A DNA stretch of 63,108 bases, filler included, from Pseudomonadota bacterium (GTDB taxonomy: Bacteria; Bdellovibrionota_F; JAHFAK01; JBDREC01), in NCBI GenBank assembly GCA_043820105.1. It is 9 parts of 9 records of this genome, joined end to end, with 100 filler letters (N's around TTAATTAATTAA, not from the genome) between each part and the next. Parts side by side here need not be neighbours in the genome. Positions count along the whole stretch, not along the records: positions 36,327 to 60,553 come from JBDREC010000077.1; 8 more parts are not named here. One strand, given 5' to 3'. This document shows, piece after piece, positions 39,491-49,500 of the stretch. Below the pieces are notes generated by a model. It was not told the origin of the DNA. It saw only the letters and a list, made by a program, of their open reading frames with translations, and made no database searches. Made by a program: the position numbers and the translations under genes. Each line of letters opens with the position of its first letter. Positions within the stretch are counted from its first letter, which is position 1.

Positions 39491-41872
39491 TTATTCAGGT
39501 ACGTATAGTATATCACCTTCTAAAATTTCAATATTTTCCTTATATTTTCCATCAAGAATGTTTTCAAAGTTAACTTCAAATTCTTTTATTCTTCCGGTTT
39601 CATCCCGCCGTATAATTTTTGAATTAGATCCATCGGTAAACCCAGCTAATCCTCCTGCTGTGCTCAATAAATCAAGAGCACGCCACCCCTTTTTATATGG
39701 ATAAGTTCCTGGACTTTTAACTGAACCAAATACAGACACAATTATTTTATGCTCAAAAAGTTCAGGAACATATACCATGTCACCAGGTAAAATATATATA
39801 TTTTGACTTATGTCTTCCCTGGTAAGAGCTTGTTGGATATTTAATGTTATTGAGTCTCCTCGTTTTCTGGTTACTGCTACGTTTTCCAAATCAGCTGTTT
39901 TTGAGAAACCGCCGGCCATTGTAATTAAATCAAGAACCTTAGTTGGTTCAGTTAAATAATAAACTCCTGGGCCAGTTTTAATAACTTTTGCTCCTTCTCT
40001 TGCAGATGTTCCATAATAATTTATAGCCCCAAAAAGTGTGATGGGTTGGCTTGTGTATTCTTTTATTGTAACTTCAAGCTGTGGGGTTTTGTAATATATA
40101 GAAAAAACATCAGTTAGTTTTTTTTGTGCTCCAGTTAAAGAAAGACCCACAAGCCGAATGTTTCCAACTAAAGACATCGCTATTTCACCTTCAGGATTAA
40201 CGGTTACTTCGTATTTGTCAAAGGAAGATTCTCTTCTATGCACAATTTGAAGGATATCTCCGGGGCCTATTTTATATTCACTAAGATCATAGTCTCCGGT
40301 GTCTAATGTTTTTGCTCTATTTAAATTTGAAGCTAAAAAAGTTGCTTCATAAGGGATATAGACTGTTAATCTAACTTTTCCCATAACCCTTTCGCCAATG
40401 TTATCGGCATGTATTGCGTTTATTATAGAATCTTTATTAATTTTATATTTATCAATTAAAGTATTAATTGTATGTTCAACTCTTTCTTTGGAAAGATTAT
40501 AAGGAGTGTGGTTTGATAATTTTTCGGTAACACCGACATATCCAGATACTGTTAAGAGGATATTGGGATCCTTATAATATAGATGTCCTATTTCTTCAAG
40601 CAATTTAGAGTAGTCCTCGGAAAACGTTACTTCGTTTTCTTTGCATTCAAGCCATCTATCTTGATAAAACGCGTACTTATTTGCACCATAGATTATATTT
40701 CTAAGTTTAATATCATATTTCGTAATAAACTGAAAAAAGTCTTTTTCATTTTTTCTTTTTCCATAATAAATAGAAGTAAGTCCTGATCTAAACTTAACTA
40801 TAAAATCATTTAAACCATTGTTATCGATATCATCTATAAAAAATGTATCAACATTGGATGCCATTCTTAGTGTGTAAATAACTTTCAAGGGGTGTGCTGT
40901 CGTTTTCCATATGATATTTATTCTTCCAGTGCCTTTATCTACTAATATTAGTTCTTTATTGTTTTGATTATCAATATCTATTTCTCTAATGTTTCTATAA
41001 AAATAATTATAATTTTCACTCTCTAAGGGGTACCATTTCTCTTTATCATGATAGTGGATAAAAAGATCATTTGTGTTGGTAGAAGCTAAAATTGCTGGAC
41101 CATCATCAGTTTGTGTGACCAAAAGGTTTCGGTAGTCATTTTTTGGAGATGGAATATTGCTTTTTGTAAAACTACCCAAGCCCTCACCTTTCCACACAAA
41201 AACTTCACCATCAGGACCAATGGAAGAGGCTATTATATCAACCTGGTTGTCTTTATTAATATCTCCAAATACCAGATCAGAATATAAATGATATGATGTT
41301 GGAGAAATTTCCCTGTTATATTCAAAATTATTATTAGAAAGATATATACGAAACCCCCCATTAAGTTCTGAGTAAGAGTTTGCAACAACAATATCTTTTT
41401 TCAAGTCATTATTTAAATCTTTAATGAGGATTTTAAATACTAGTATTTCTCTTTTATTTATTTTTTCTAAAGACCACGTTAATTCCTCGTTTTGTGTTAA
41501 GACATAAAGTCCATAATCTGGATCCGAGGTTCCAATAACAATATCAATTTTTGAATCATTGTTTAAATCAGCAAAGGCAATAGATGCTATTTTATCTATT
41601 TCTTTAGTGATTGTATGATTTTCAAATATAAAAGGATTTTTTTGAAAATCAACAGTAAGGCTTGGTGACGTAGTATTATAAAAAATAATATCTTTTAATC
41701 CATTCTGATCCAGGTCATAAATTGCTAATACTTCTGAATCATTATTGGTAATATTGCTGCCATCAGAGTACCAGTTTAATTCTTCAATTTGCTTGTTAAA
41801 GTGATTCACCATGAACATTGAGCAAGATGTGAAACTTATACAGCTTATTAATAGGAAAATTATCTTTTTCAT
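39491..41872 (-). CDS. Polysaccharide export (OPX/Wza-like) lipoprotein with N-terminal FG-GAP repeats and an OmpA-like segment
   Basis: FTSC lipobox; repeated DLNNDxxxDI; NLSKERV; YKIGPGDILQI Poly_export; two SLBB domains ending GDILYVPE. Confidence 0.85.
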   Translation of the reverse strand: MKKIIFLLISCISFTSCSMFMVNHFNKQIEELNWYSDGSNITNNDSEVLAIYDLDQNGLKDIIFYNTTSPSLTVDFQKNPFIFENHTITKEIDKIASIAFADLNNDSKIDIVIGTSDPDYGLYVLTQNEELTWSLEKINKREILVFKILIKDLNNDLKKDIVVANSYSELNGGFRIYLSNNNFEYNREISPTSYHLYSDLVFGDINKDNQVDIIASSIGPDGEVFVWKGEGLGSFTKSNIPSPKNDYRNLLVTQTDDGPAILASTNTNDLFIHYHDKEKWYPLESENYNYFYRNIREIDIDNQNNKELILVDKGTGRINIIWKTTAHPLKVIYTLRMASNVDTFFIDDIDNNGLNDFIVKFRSGLTSIYYGKRKNEKDFFQFITKYDIKLRNIIYGANKYAFYQDRWLECKENEVTFSEDYSKLLEEIGHLYYKDPNILLTVSGYVGVTEKLSNHTPYNLSKERVEHTINTLIDKYKINKDSIINAIHADNIGERVMGKVRLTVYIPYEATFLASNLNRAKTLDTGDYDLSEYKIGPGDILQIVHRRESSFDKYEVTVNPEGEIAMSLVGNIRLVGLSLTGAQKKLTDVFSIYYKTPQLEVTIKEYTSQPITLFGAINYYGTSAREGAKVIKTGPGVYYLTEPTKVLDLITMAGGFSKTADLENVAVTRKRGDSITLNIQQALTREDISQNIYILPGDMVYVPELFEHKIIVSVFGSVKSPGTYPYKKGWRALDLLSTAGGLAGFTDGSNSKIIRRDETGRIKEFEVNFENILDGKYKENIEILEGDILYVPE

Positions 41873-41959
41873 TTGAGTATTTTATCTATTTAATTAATTT
41901 TATTATATATTATGATATAAAAAAAACAGAAAAAGGCAAGTTTTGTTCTTTGTGAACAT

Positions 41960-42718
41960 TTAATATTCAATTTTTATAAGAAAAAGCCCCCACCCTGGAG
42001 CACAAATCCCTGCTTTTGTTCTGTCTTCGGCTTCTATTATTATTTTTATATCTTCAGGTTTTCTTTTTCCGATTCCAACTTCCATTAATGTTCCAACAAT
42101 GTTTCTAACCATGTGCTTCATAAATCCTTTTGACTTTATTGAAATGCAATGGAGCTGTGATCCATCAATCGGAATATGAAAATCTTTTTTTATATATTTA
42201 ATTTCATCTATTGTTCTAATAGTTGTTTTGGCTACACAATCACTTGCTTGAAAGGATTTAAAATTATGAGTTCCTTCAATATATTTAAAGCAAGCTTGGA
42301 TTTTTTGCCAATTAACTTTTTGTTTTATAAACCAGGCATAGTTTCTAAAAATAGTTTGAGCGTGATTGCCAGCTGTAAAATAATAATGATAGGTTTTCTG
42401 CTTTGCTTTAACTCTTGCATTGAAATCTTCAGAAACAAGTGAAGCTTCTTTAATTCTGATATCAAAGGGAAGAATTGAGTTTAATCCAAGATGAAATGCC
42501 TTTAATGGAATATTTGAAGATGTACGGAAAGTTGCTTTTTGATCAAGAGCATGGACTTTTGCATCTGTTCTTGATGCTGATGCTATATTTATTTTTTCTT
42601 TTGTTAGTTCAAAAAGTTTATTCTCAATCACCTCTTGGACTGTAATCCCATTTGGCTGTATTTGCCAACCATGGTAGTTGGTGCCGTCGTATTCGATTGA
42701 TAATAGAATATTTCTCAT
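41960..42718 (-). CDS. truA: tRNA pseudouridine(38-40) synthase
   Basis: IEYDGTNYHGWQIQ, SRTDAKVHA, GFMKHMVRNIVG; start MRNILL at 42718. Confidence 0.96.
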   Translation of the reverse strand: MRNILLSIEYDGTNYHGWQIQPNGITVQEVIENKLFELTKEKINIASASRTDAKVHALDQKATFRTSSNIPLKAFHLGLNSILPFDIRIKEASLVSEDFNARVKAKQKTYHYYFTAGNHAQTIFRNYAWFIKQKVNWQKIQACFKYIEGTHNFKSFQASDCVAKTTIRTIDEIKYIKKDFHIPIDGSQLHCISIKSKGFMKHMVRNIVGTLMEVGIGKRKPEDIKIIIEAEDRTKAGICAPGWGLFLIKIEY

Positions 42719-42740
42719 TTTATCTTTATCACTTGCCACT

Positions 42741-43754
42741 TTAAATATATTCCTTAATAAGGATTTCGGCAATTTGTATTGCATTTAAAGCAGCACCTTT
42801 TCTAAGGTTGTCAGCGCAAACCCACATATCAATTCCATTATCTACAGACTTATCTTCTCTAATTCTTCCTACAAACACCTCATCTTTACCACTTGATTCA
42901 ATTTGCATTGGATAAGAGTTATCTTTAGGATTATCGATTAATGTAACAGCCTTAAAATCCTTATACAGGGTTTTAATTTCTGATGGGCTGATTTTTATTT
43001 TTGTTTCGATATTTATTGATTCTGCATGACCATAGAAAACAGGTACCCTGACAGTGGTTGCTGTGATTTGAACATCAGATCCTAATATTTTTTTTGTTTC
43101 TTCTATCATTTTAATTTCTTCCTCACAATAACCAGATTCTAGAAAAGCACCGATTTGAGGTATGCAGTTATATGCAATTCTATGGGGAAATTTTTTAGCT
43201 TGAATGTTTTCATGATGAAACAAGTTAATTGATTGCATTGAAAGTTCTTCCATTGCACTTAATCCAGCTCCAGAAACAGATTGATATGTTGATACAACAA
43301 TTCTTTTAATTTTTGCAACATCATGTATTGGTTTTAATGCAACTAGCATTTGAATTGTGGAACAATTGGGATTTGCTATTATACCTTTATTATCAAAATC
43401 CTCAATTTTTTCAGGATTGACCTCTGGTATAACCAATGGGACTTCTGGATTCATTCTAAAAAAACTAGTATTGTCGATTACTACTGCATTTTTTGAAGCA
43501 GCAATAGGTGCGAATTTTTCACTAATTTTACCACCTGCAGAGAAGAGTGCAATATCTATATTTCTAAAACTATTTTCATCAAGGATATTTACGGGGATTT
43601 GTTCACCTTTAAAATCCAGATATTTTCCAATAGAATTCTCGCTAGCTAAAAGAGTAATTTCATTTACTGGAAATTCTCTCTGTTCTAATATTTTTATCAT
43701 TTCATTTCCAACAGCTCCTGTGGCCCCTACTATTGCTATGTTATATTTTTTCAT
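42741..43754 (-). CDS. asd: Aspartate-semialdehyde dehydrogenase
   Basis: VGATGAVG, IIANPNCSTIQ, RVPVFYGHAE, DNLRKGAALNA. Confidence 0.98.
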   Translation of the reverse strand: MKKYNIAIVGATGAVGNEMIKILEQREFPVNEITLLASENSIGKYLDFKGEQIPVNILDENSFRNIDIALFSAGGKISEKFAPIAASKNAVVIDNTSFFRMNPEVPLVIPEVNPEKIEDFDNKGIIANPNCSTIQMLVALKPIHDVAKIKRIVVSTYQSVSGAGLSAMEELSMQSINLFHHENIQAKKFPHRIAYNCIPQIGAFLESGYCEEEIKMIEETKKILGSDVQITATTVRVPVFYGHAESINIETKIKISPSEIKTLYKDFKAVTLIDNPKDNSYPMQIESSGKDEVFVGRIREDKSVDNGIDMWVCADNLRKGAALNAIQIAEILIKEYI

Positions 43755-43851
43755 GCTTAATCCTAATCCTAAATATTTATCTTTATCTAAAAAATCTTTA
43801 TAATGAATAAATTTAAAAGGTCAATCAGGTAAATTGAGCAGGCATCAAAGC

Positions 43852-43886
43852 AAAATCCCCGGAAGTTAAAAACTTCCAGGGATTTT
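43852..43886. terminator. Intrinsic terminator hairpin (bidirectional appearance)
   Basis: AAAATCCCCGGAAGTT-AAA-AACTTCCAGGGATTTT. Confidence 0.8.
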
Positions 43887-43993
43887 CGTGAATATAACAC
43901 TACTTATTGAGAAGAAGCATAGCCTATCTTTACAGATAGAGTTGGGTTAACAACCTTCTCCACACTTTAAGTTGGTTTATTCTACCCAGTAAT
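43852..43993 (-). ncRNA. Candidate sigma54-dependent small RNA (about 140 nt)
   Basis: Promoter, terminator, internal CTATCT-GTAA-AGATAG GNRA hairpin, GAGAAG/CTTCTC closing helix; no credible ORF. Confidence 0.5.
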
Positions 43994-44003
43994 TATATGT
44001 TGA

Positions 44004-44046
44004 TGCAGAAATTATGCCAAAACCAGCGCACTATAACTTGTTGATA
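44004..44046 (-). promoter_or_regulatory. Sigma54 promoter with upstream IHF site
   Basis: TTGGCATAATTTCTGCA (GG-N10-GC) at 44004-44020; TATCAACAAGTTA perfect IHF consensus at 44034-44046. Confidence 0.75.
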
Positions 44047-44239
44047 TGATATAAATTAAAAATTATTATAATGATCCATTTGTTTATTTGAGACCTTTAG
44101 GTCCCTTTTTTGGGGAATTTGCATTCTTTATAGTTTTTTTAACAATAAATACATTTTTACTTGTAAATTACTTAAAAGCTAAATAAAATACTTGCATGAA
44201 TTTGATAATTTAACATAATTTATTTGAATCGAGGCTAGT

Positions 44240-44464
44240 ATGATTGATGAAAGAGATCTTTTATTTAAATGCTTAAATTGCAAGCATACTTTTATTATTA
44301 ACATTGGGGATTTTAAGACCTTAGTATGTCCCAGATGTCAAAATAAACCATCAGAAGAGACAGTAAAGCTATTTAAATCTGCAATAAATCAAATTTATTC
44401 AGTAGAATCTTCAAAGGAACAATTTGGATTTGATTTTCAATATCCAAGTATTTCTATTTATTAG
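44240..44464 (+). CDS. Small zinc-ribbon protein
   Basis: CLNC...CPRC; GAGG RBS. Confidence 0.7.
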   Translation: MIDERDLLFKCLNCKHTFIINIGDFKTLVCPRCQNKPSEETVKLFKSAINQIYSVESSKEQFGFDFQYPSISIY

Positions 44465-44475
44465 AGGGCAAATTC

Positions 44476-45582
44476 ATTTCTAACTTTTCTAAACAAACAA
44501 AACTTGATATTAAGTTTTTATCTAAGGCTATATCTTTAGCTAAAAAAGCACGAGGAAAGACATCTCCAAATCCTTTGGTTGGAGCTGTGATAGTTAAAAA
44601 CAATAAAATTATTTCCCATGGATATCATAAAAAAGCTGGGCAGGATCATGCAGAAATCGCTGCACTAAGAAAAATTGATTTTAATGCTAAAGGTACAACC
44701 TTATATTTAACTTTAGAGCCATGTACATTTACAGGCAAAACACCTCCTTGTGTTGATCAAATTATAAAAAGTGGCGTAAAAAGAGTTGTAATTTCAAGCC
44801 TAGATCCAAATCCTAAAGTCCATGGAAAGGGAGCAAGTAAGTTAAAAAAAGCAGGAATAAAAACAGAAATTGGATTATTGGAAAAAGAATCCCTGAAAAT
44901 GAATGAAGTTTTTAATAAATTTATTAAAACAGGCAGGCCTTATATTACACTAAAATGGGCACAAACATTAGATGGGAAAATTGGTCTTAGAAAAGAGGGG
45001 ATAACCTGGATATCATCAAAAGAAACTTTAATTGAAAGCCATAGCAAAAGAAAATATCTTGATGCAATTTTATGCGGAGTGAATACTATTATTAATGATA
45101 ATCCTTCTCTTACTTCAAGTTTTCAAGGTAAAAAATACGGCAAAGATCCAATTAAAATTGTATTAGATTCTAAATTAAGTTTAGTAAATTATATTGATAG
45201 AAAGATTTTGAATTCTGGAAATGATGTAATTATTTTTACATCCAAAAAAAGTAGCAAAAAAGCCGAGAAGCTTCTTTTAGAAAATAAAAGAATTAAAATA
45301 AAAAGAGTTTCAAAACTTTCTGGAGGCCTAAGTCTAGAGGAAATCTTAAGGGTTTTGGGAAAACTTGAAATTACAAATGTATTAGTTGAAGGTGGGGCAA
45401 ATATTTTAACTAGTTTTCTGAAAGCCAAAACCTTTGATAAAATTATTTGCTATCTAAGCTTACAATTTTTTGGCGATAAAGGAATTCCTCTAATAGCTGG
45501 AAAGATAATTGAATCCGATTTGAAAATAGAACAAATCAAAAAACTTGGCACTGATTTGAGACTTACCTTAACCAGCAACTAG
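44476..45582 (+). CDS. ribD: Bifunctional riboflavin deaminase/reductase; probable ATT start
   Basis: HAE, TLEPC, TPPC, KWAQTLDGK, LVEGG; conserved DIKFLSKAISLAKKARGKTSPNP lies upstream of the ORF-track start 44575. Confidence 0.93.
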   Translation: MSNFSKQTKLDIKFLSKAISLAKKARGKTSPNPLVGAVIVKNNKIISHGYHKKAGQDHAEIAALRKIDFNAKGTTLYLTLEPCTFTGKTPPCVDQIIKSGVKRVVISSLDPNPKVHGKGASKLKKAGIKTEIGLLEKESLKMNEVFNKFIKTGRPYITLKWAQTLDGKIGLRKEGITWISSKETLIESHSKRKYLDAILCGVNTIINDNPSLTSSFQGKKYGKDPIKIVLDSKLSLVNYIDRKILNSGNDVIIFTSKKSSKKAEKLLLENKRIKIKRVSKLSGGLSLEEILRVLGKLEITNVLVEGGANILTSFLKAKTFDKIICYLSLQFFGDKGIPLIAGKIIESDLKIEQIKKLGTDLRLTLTSN

Positions 45583-45595
45583 CAACCAGCAACTA
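45570..45595. repeat. Heptamer array (AACYAGC) x3.7
   Basis: aaccagc aactagc aaccagc aacta spanning the convergent ribD/tsaD stops. Confidence 0.7.
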
Positions 45596-46570
45596 TATAT
45601 ATGAATATGCATCTAGCTCCAAAGAATCCATTTTTCCCAATTTGAAATATTCTTGGCCTAAGTAAGCAACCATAGCTGCATTATCAGTGCATAATATCTT
45701 ACTAGGAAAATAAACATTTTTGCCTATTTTTTGAGCTTGCCCTGCAAAGTATTGTCTTAATTTACTATTTGCTGCTACTCCACCTGAAACAATTATATTA
45801 TCTAATTTAAAATCAATTGCAGCTTTAATCGTTTTTTTTGTGAGAGTTTCAATTACTGAAGCACTAAAAGAGGCGGCGATATCGTTAATATTGTAATCAT
45901 TATTTTTTCTAATGTAATTTATAACAGCTGTTTTTAATCCAGAAAAACTAAAATCATAATCTTTTGAGTGCAGCATTCCTCGGGGAAAGTTAATTGCAGC
46001 AGGATTTCCATTGTTCGAAAGTCTATCTATTATTGGGCCGCCAGGATATCCAAGGTCAAGAACTTTAGCAACTTTATCAAACACTTCACCTGCAGCGTCA
46101 TCTCTTGTTGAGCCTATTAAGCCATAATTATCAATTCCATTAACATTATAAATAGATGTATGACCGCCTGATACTATTAATCCTATAAAGGGGAAGGCTA
46201 TTTTGTTTTCTATTGAAACTGCATTTAAATGAGCTTCAAGGTGGTTTATGCCAATTATGGGAATGTCTAGTGAATATGAAAGAGATTTTGCAAAACTTAG
46301 GCCGATTAATAAAGAACCAATTAAGCCAGGTTTATTCGTAACAGCAATACCATCTATTTCATTAATAGATATATTCGCTTTGCCTAAGGAAGCATTGAAA
46401 ACAGGTAAAATTTTTAACAAATGGTTTCTTGAGGCAATTTCAGGTACCACTCCTCCAAACTCAGCGTGAATATCAATTTGAGAATAAATTTCATTGGAAA
46501 GTAAATTGCCATCCTTTATTAGAGCAACAGATGTTTCATCGCAAGATGTTTCAATTCCAAGAACTATCAT
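45593..46570 (-). CDS. tsaD: tRNA N6-threonylcarbamoyltransferase
   Basis: LGIETSCDET, GGVVPEIASRNH, NHLEAH, SGGHT, CTDNAAM. Confidence 0.98.
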   Translation of the reverse strand: MIVLGIETSCDETSVALIKDGNLLSNEIYSQIDIHAEFGGVVPEIASRNHLLKILPVFNASLGKANISINEIDGIAVTNKPGLIGSLLIGLSFAKSLSYSLDIPIIGINHLEAHLNAVSIENKIAFPFIGLIVSGGHTSIYNVNGIDNYGLIGSTRDDAAGEVFDKVAKVLDLGYPGGPIIDRLSNNGNPAAINFPRGMLHSKDYDFSFSGLKTAVINYIRKNNDYNINDIAASFSASVIETLTKKTIKAAIDFKLDNIIVSGGVAANSKLRQYFAGQAQKIGKNVYFPSKILCTDNAAMVAYLGQEYFKLGKMDSLELDAYSYI

Positions 46571-47433
46571 TAGAGTTTCTTGAGCCTAGTGTTTATTTTG
46601 GATAGAACAGATTTGTTTTTATCACATTTTAATTTTGCATCCTCGAAAAAGACCGTTGCTTCTTTATTTTTATTAAGATTTAAAAAAGCCTCGCCTTGTT
46701 TATAACTTGCCAGACAAATTTTATCGCTTTGAGGAAAATTATCAACCAGGTTTTGGTAGGAGCTTATGGCTTGCTCATATTCCTTAATTCTGAAATAGGA
46801 TTCTCCCATCCAATAAAGAGCGTTATCTCTTTTTGATCCAGGTTTATTTTTAATTACTACTGACCTAAAACTTTCAATTGCACCTAAATAATCCCCCTTA
46901 TTATAAAGAATTAGCCCATTTTCATAACCTGAAAGTGTACTCATTTGAGTATCGCTGATTAAATCTGAGATTTTGCTTTCCAAATCAATAATTTTATTTT
47001 TTGTATATAAAATAGAATCTTCTAGTTTTTTAATGTATAAAAGCTGATTTTTTAAATTTTGGATTGTTTTATTGTATTCTTCAAAATCAGGAAGACTCTT
47101 TTTTATTTCTTCAGTTGCATTTGATTTTATAGTATTTATTGAATGCTTTAGTTGATCAAAATCGCCATTTAATTTCTGAATTTCAATTTTTAGTTGCTCA
47201 AAATCATGTTTACTTTCTGCATGTTTTTTTAAGACCTTTTCTACTTCATTTTTTAATGCAATATATTCAGCTGAATTTTGGGCATTTTTTAAATCATTAA
47301 CATCTTTTCTAAGGCTAATGATTTCTTTTTTAAAACAAGAAGAAAATACTACTGAAAGTATAATTAGCATAAACAAGAAAAGTAAATTTTTAGGCAAAAG
47401 ATTTTTATTTTTCATTGTGAAATCAGCTTTCAT
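46570..47433 (-). CDS. cpoB: Tol-Pal associated coiled-coil/TPR protein
   Basis: Coiled coil plus DNALYWMGESYF TPR; downstream of pal. Confidence 0.8.
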   Translation of the reverse strand: MKADFTMKNKNLLPKNLLFLFMLIILSVVFSSCFKKEIISLRKDVNDLKNAQNSAEYIALKNEVEKVLKKHAESKHDFEQLKIEIQKLNGDFDQLKHSINTIKSNATEEIKKSLPDFEEYNKTIQNLKNQLLYIKKLEDSILYTKNKIIDLESKISDLISDTQMSTLSGYENGLILYNKGDYLGAIESFRSVVIKNKPGSKRDNALYWMGESYFRIKEYEQAISSYQNLVDNFPQSDKICLASYKQGEAFLNLNKNKEATVFFEDAKLKCDKNKSVLSKINTRLKKL

Positions 47434-47435
47434 GT

Positions 47436-48020
47436 TTATTTTTCAACTAAAAATTCGCCTCTTCTATTGACATTATATGCTTCTTCGCTATCAGTATTAT
47501 CAATCGGAGATTCTTCGCCCATGCTTTCAACTTTTACTCTGTTTTCTTCAATTCCAAGATTAACTAAATAATTTGTAATGCTTGTAGATCTTTTAAAACC
47601 AAGAGCTAAGTTATATTCATTGCTTCCTCTTTTATCACAGTGACCAACAACTTTAATTTTTAATCCAGGATAGCCTTTTAATTTTTCAGCGGCTTCTTCA
47701 ACAAGTTTTTTTGTTGAATCTGAAAGAGTATATTCATCAAAAGCAAACATTACTTTAGATAATTCAAGTTTTGATTGAATTTCATCAACATTTAAATTCA
47801 TGTAGTCACCACCAAGCTGATTTGAATCTCCTGTAACAATTGAATCTTCAGCAATGTCCCCTTCTGTAAGGTCAAGAGGAGTGATGTCAATCTGTTCATC
47901 TTCAAGATGAGTTTGCTTTCCATCTGAGGATTCAATGTCTCCTGCTTTTTTTGCAGCACAACCAAATAAGAATAAAGAGCTAAAACCCACGATAGCAATC
48001 AATGTAAAAAATTTTTTCAT
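47436..48020 (-). CDS. pal: Peptidoglycan-associated lipoprotein
   Basis: LFGC lipobox; GHCDKRGSNEYNLALG, SMGEESP, NRRGEF. Confidence 0.93.
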   Translation of the reverse strand: MKKFFTLIAIVGFSSLFLFGCAAKKAGDIESSDGKQTHLEDEQIDITPLDLTEGDIAEDSIVTGDSNQLGGDYMNLNVDEIQSKLELSKVMFAFDEYTLSDSTKKLVEEAAEKLKGYPGLKIKVVGHCDKRGSNEYNLALGFKRSTSITNYLVNLGIEENRVKVESMGEESPIDNTDSEEAYNVNRRGEFLVEK

Positions 48021-48182
48021 TTTTTTAACACTCCAATATTATAAGTTAGTGATTAATTCTGATAACGAAGCCTATCAAAACAGTTGTGTTTGTCAAGTAA
48101 AGTCAATTTTAAATAAAAAAACCTGGAAAAAATTTTCATAACTTACTATAATATTCTTCTTTTTTAATATTAAGGAAGTTTT

Positions 48183-48641
48183 ATGGAAGAAAATAGTCCC
48201 AAACAACAAACCAGGCAAGATGGATTTGTTTTAAAAATTCAAGGCAAAAAAATTGAAAATGTTGAAGAGCTTTCCATCTATAAAATGGCGAGAAAGCTTG
48301 CTAACTCCATTTATAGCATGACAAGACGTGCAACCTTTGTGAAGGATGAGGTTTTGATTACTAGGGGTCGAGATACTGCTTTAAGTTTACTTGGAGATCT
48401 TGTCAATGGATTTGATCAGGGATCAAAGGACAATTTTATTGATTTGCTTTGGAAGATAAAAGGCTATTGTGGTCAACTAAAGGCTTTTTTTGCTCTAGCT
48501 CTTGATCAAAGATATATTGATGATGCTTTATATGAAGAAGTTGTTGTTAATTGTAAGGAAATATCTATGACAGCCGATAAGCTTATTATAGCTTTAAAAG
48601 GTAGTATGTTTAAGCAGATTATGACAAAGAAGATTGGTTGA
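48183..48641 (+). CDS. Four-helix-bundle protein (23S IVS protein/TIGR02436-like), divergent
   Basis: EELSIYKMARKLANSIYSMT...FVKD...ALDQRYID pattern. Confidence 0.75.
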   Translation: MEENSPKQQTRQDGFVLKIQGKKIENVEELSIYKMARKLANSIYSMTRRATFVKDEVLITRGRDTALSLLGDLVNGFDQGSKDNFIDLLWKIKGYCGQLKAFFALALDQRYIDDALYEEVVVNCKEISMTADKLIIALKGSMFKQIMTKKIG

Positions 48642-48647
48642 AATATT

Positions 48648-49220
48648 TTAATAAATAGTTAATTCTGCACTTTCTAATTCTCTAATAATTGCTGAATAAA
48701 AGGAACTGTTTTGAATCTCCGGGGGGAAGACATAGCATCTTAACCTACGGGCTCCCCATTCCTGTGCATTTTTTCTTCCACCATCACCCCTTCCAAGCCA
48801 AATATCAAAGTGGCTTCCTCTGATTGCAGATCCTCGATCTTTTATGGTAATCATTCCATGATTAGCAATGAAAATTTTAGTTCCATATGGGTATTCAGAA
48901 GGTCCTGCTCCTACTCCAAAGTGTGGAGGCGTCATATTATCAGCACAAAGCTGACCCTCTCCATTTATTCTTATTTCTTCTTCATATGATCCATGTAAAT
49001 ATTTTTTTTGTCCAGGAAGCGGAGAATAATAGGCTGTTATTAGGCAATTAGAATCAAGGCCCTCATCATTTTGCATGTCCATTATAAAAGCACCAATAAT
49101 TGCTTTTGTAACCTTGTTTTTTGATTTAACATCTATGGTTTCATTAGCAAAGATATTTTTGAACATTAATATTATACAGCTGGTTGCTACTAACATTATA
49201 TATAAGTTCTTTATTTTCAT
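48648..49220 (-). CDS. 3D-domain (MltA-B-like) secreted protein
   Basis: ITAYYSP, YPYGTKIFI, DRGSAI, HFDIW. Confidence 0.85.
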   Translation of the reverse strand: MKIKNLYIMLVATSCIILMFKNIFANETIDVKSKNKVTKAIIGAFIMDMQNDEGLDSNCLITAYYSPLPGQKKYLHGSYEEEIRINGEGQLCADNMTPPHFGVGAGPSEYPYGTKIFIANHGMITIKDRGSAIRGSHFDIWLGRGDGGRKNAQEWGARRLRCYVFPPEIQNSSFYSAIIRELESAELTIY

Positions 49221-49267
49221 TTTTTAATATTCACTCCATTTACTTTTTATAGCTAATTCATAGTTTA

Positions 49268-49284
49268 TGCAAATTATATGCCGA
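49268..49284 (-). promoter_or_regulatory. Sigma54 promoter for the 3D-domain gene
   Basis: TCGGCATATAATTTGCA (GG-N10-GC). Confidence 0.6.
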
Positions 49285-49500
49285 ATTTCCAAAGACAAAA
49301 GCATATAATTACAAAGGCTTATCAGGAAGGTTCAAAGTGAAATATAAGCCTTTGTGTCCCATTTTACCAAGTATTTACTAAATATTGCATTTTAAGATAG
49401 GGCACACATGAAATGAGCTTTTCGGAGACATTAACAATTCATTTTATTGAAATATTTTGTTGAATAGGATAAAGAAAAAATGAATCTATATTAATTTATA

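Noticed and set aside
43357-43803. Antisense and nested ORFs (e.g. 43357..43803, 11747..12175, 50250..50624, 61028..61378)
   Set aside because: Shadow frames of well-supported genes, with no motifs of their own
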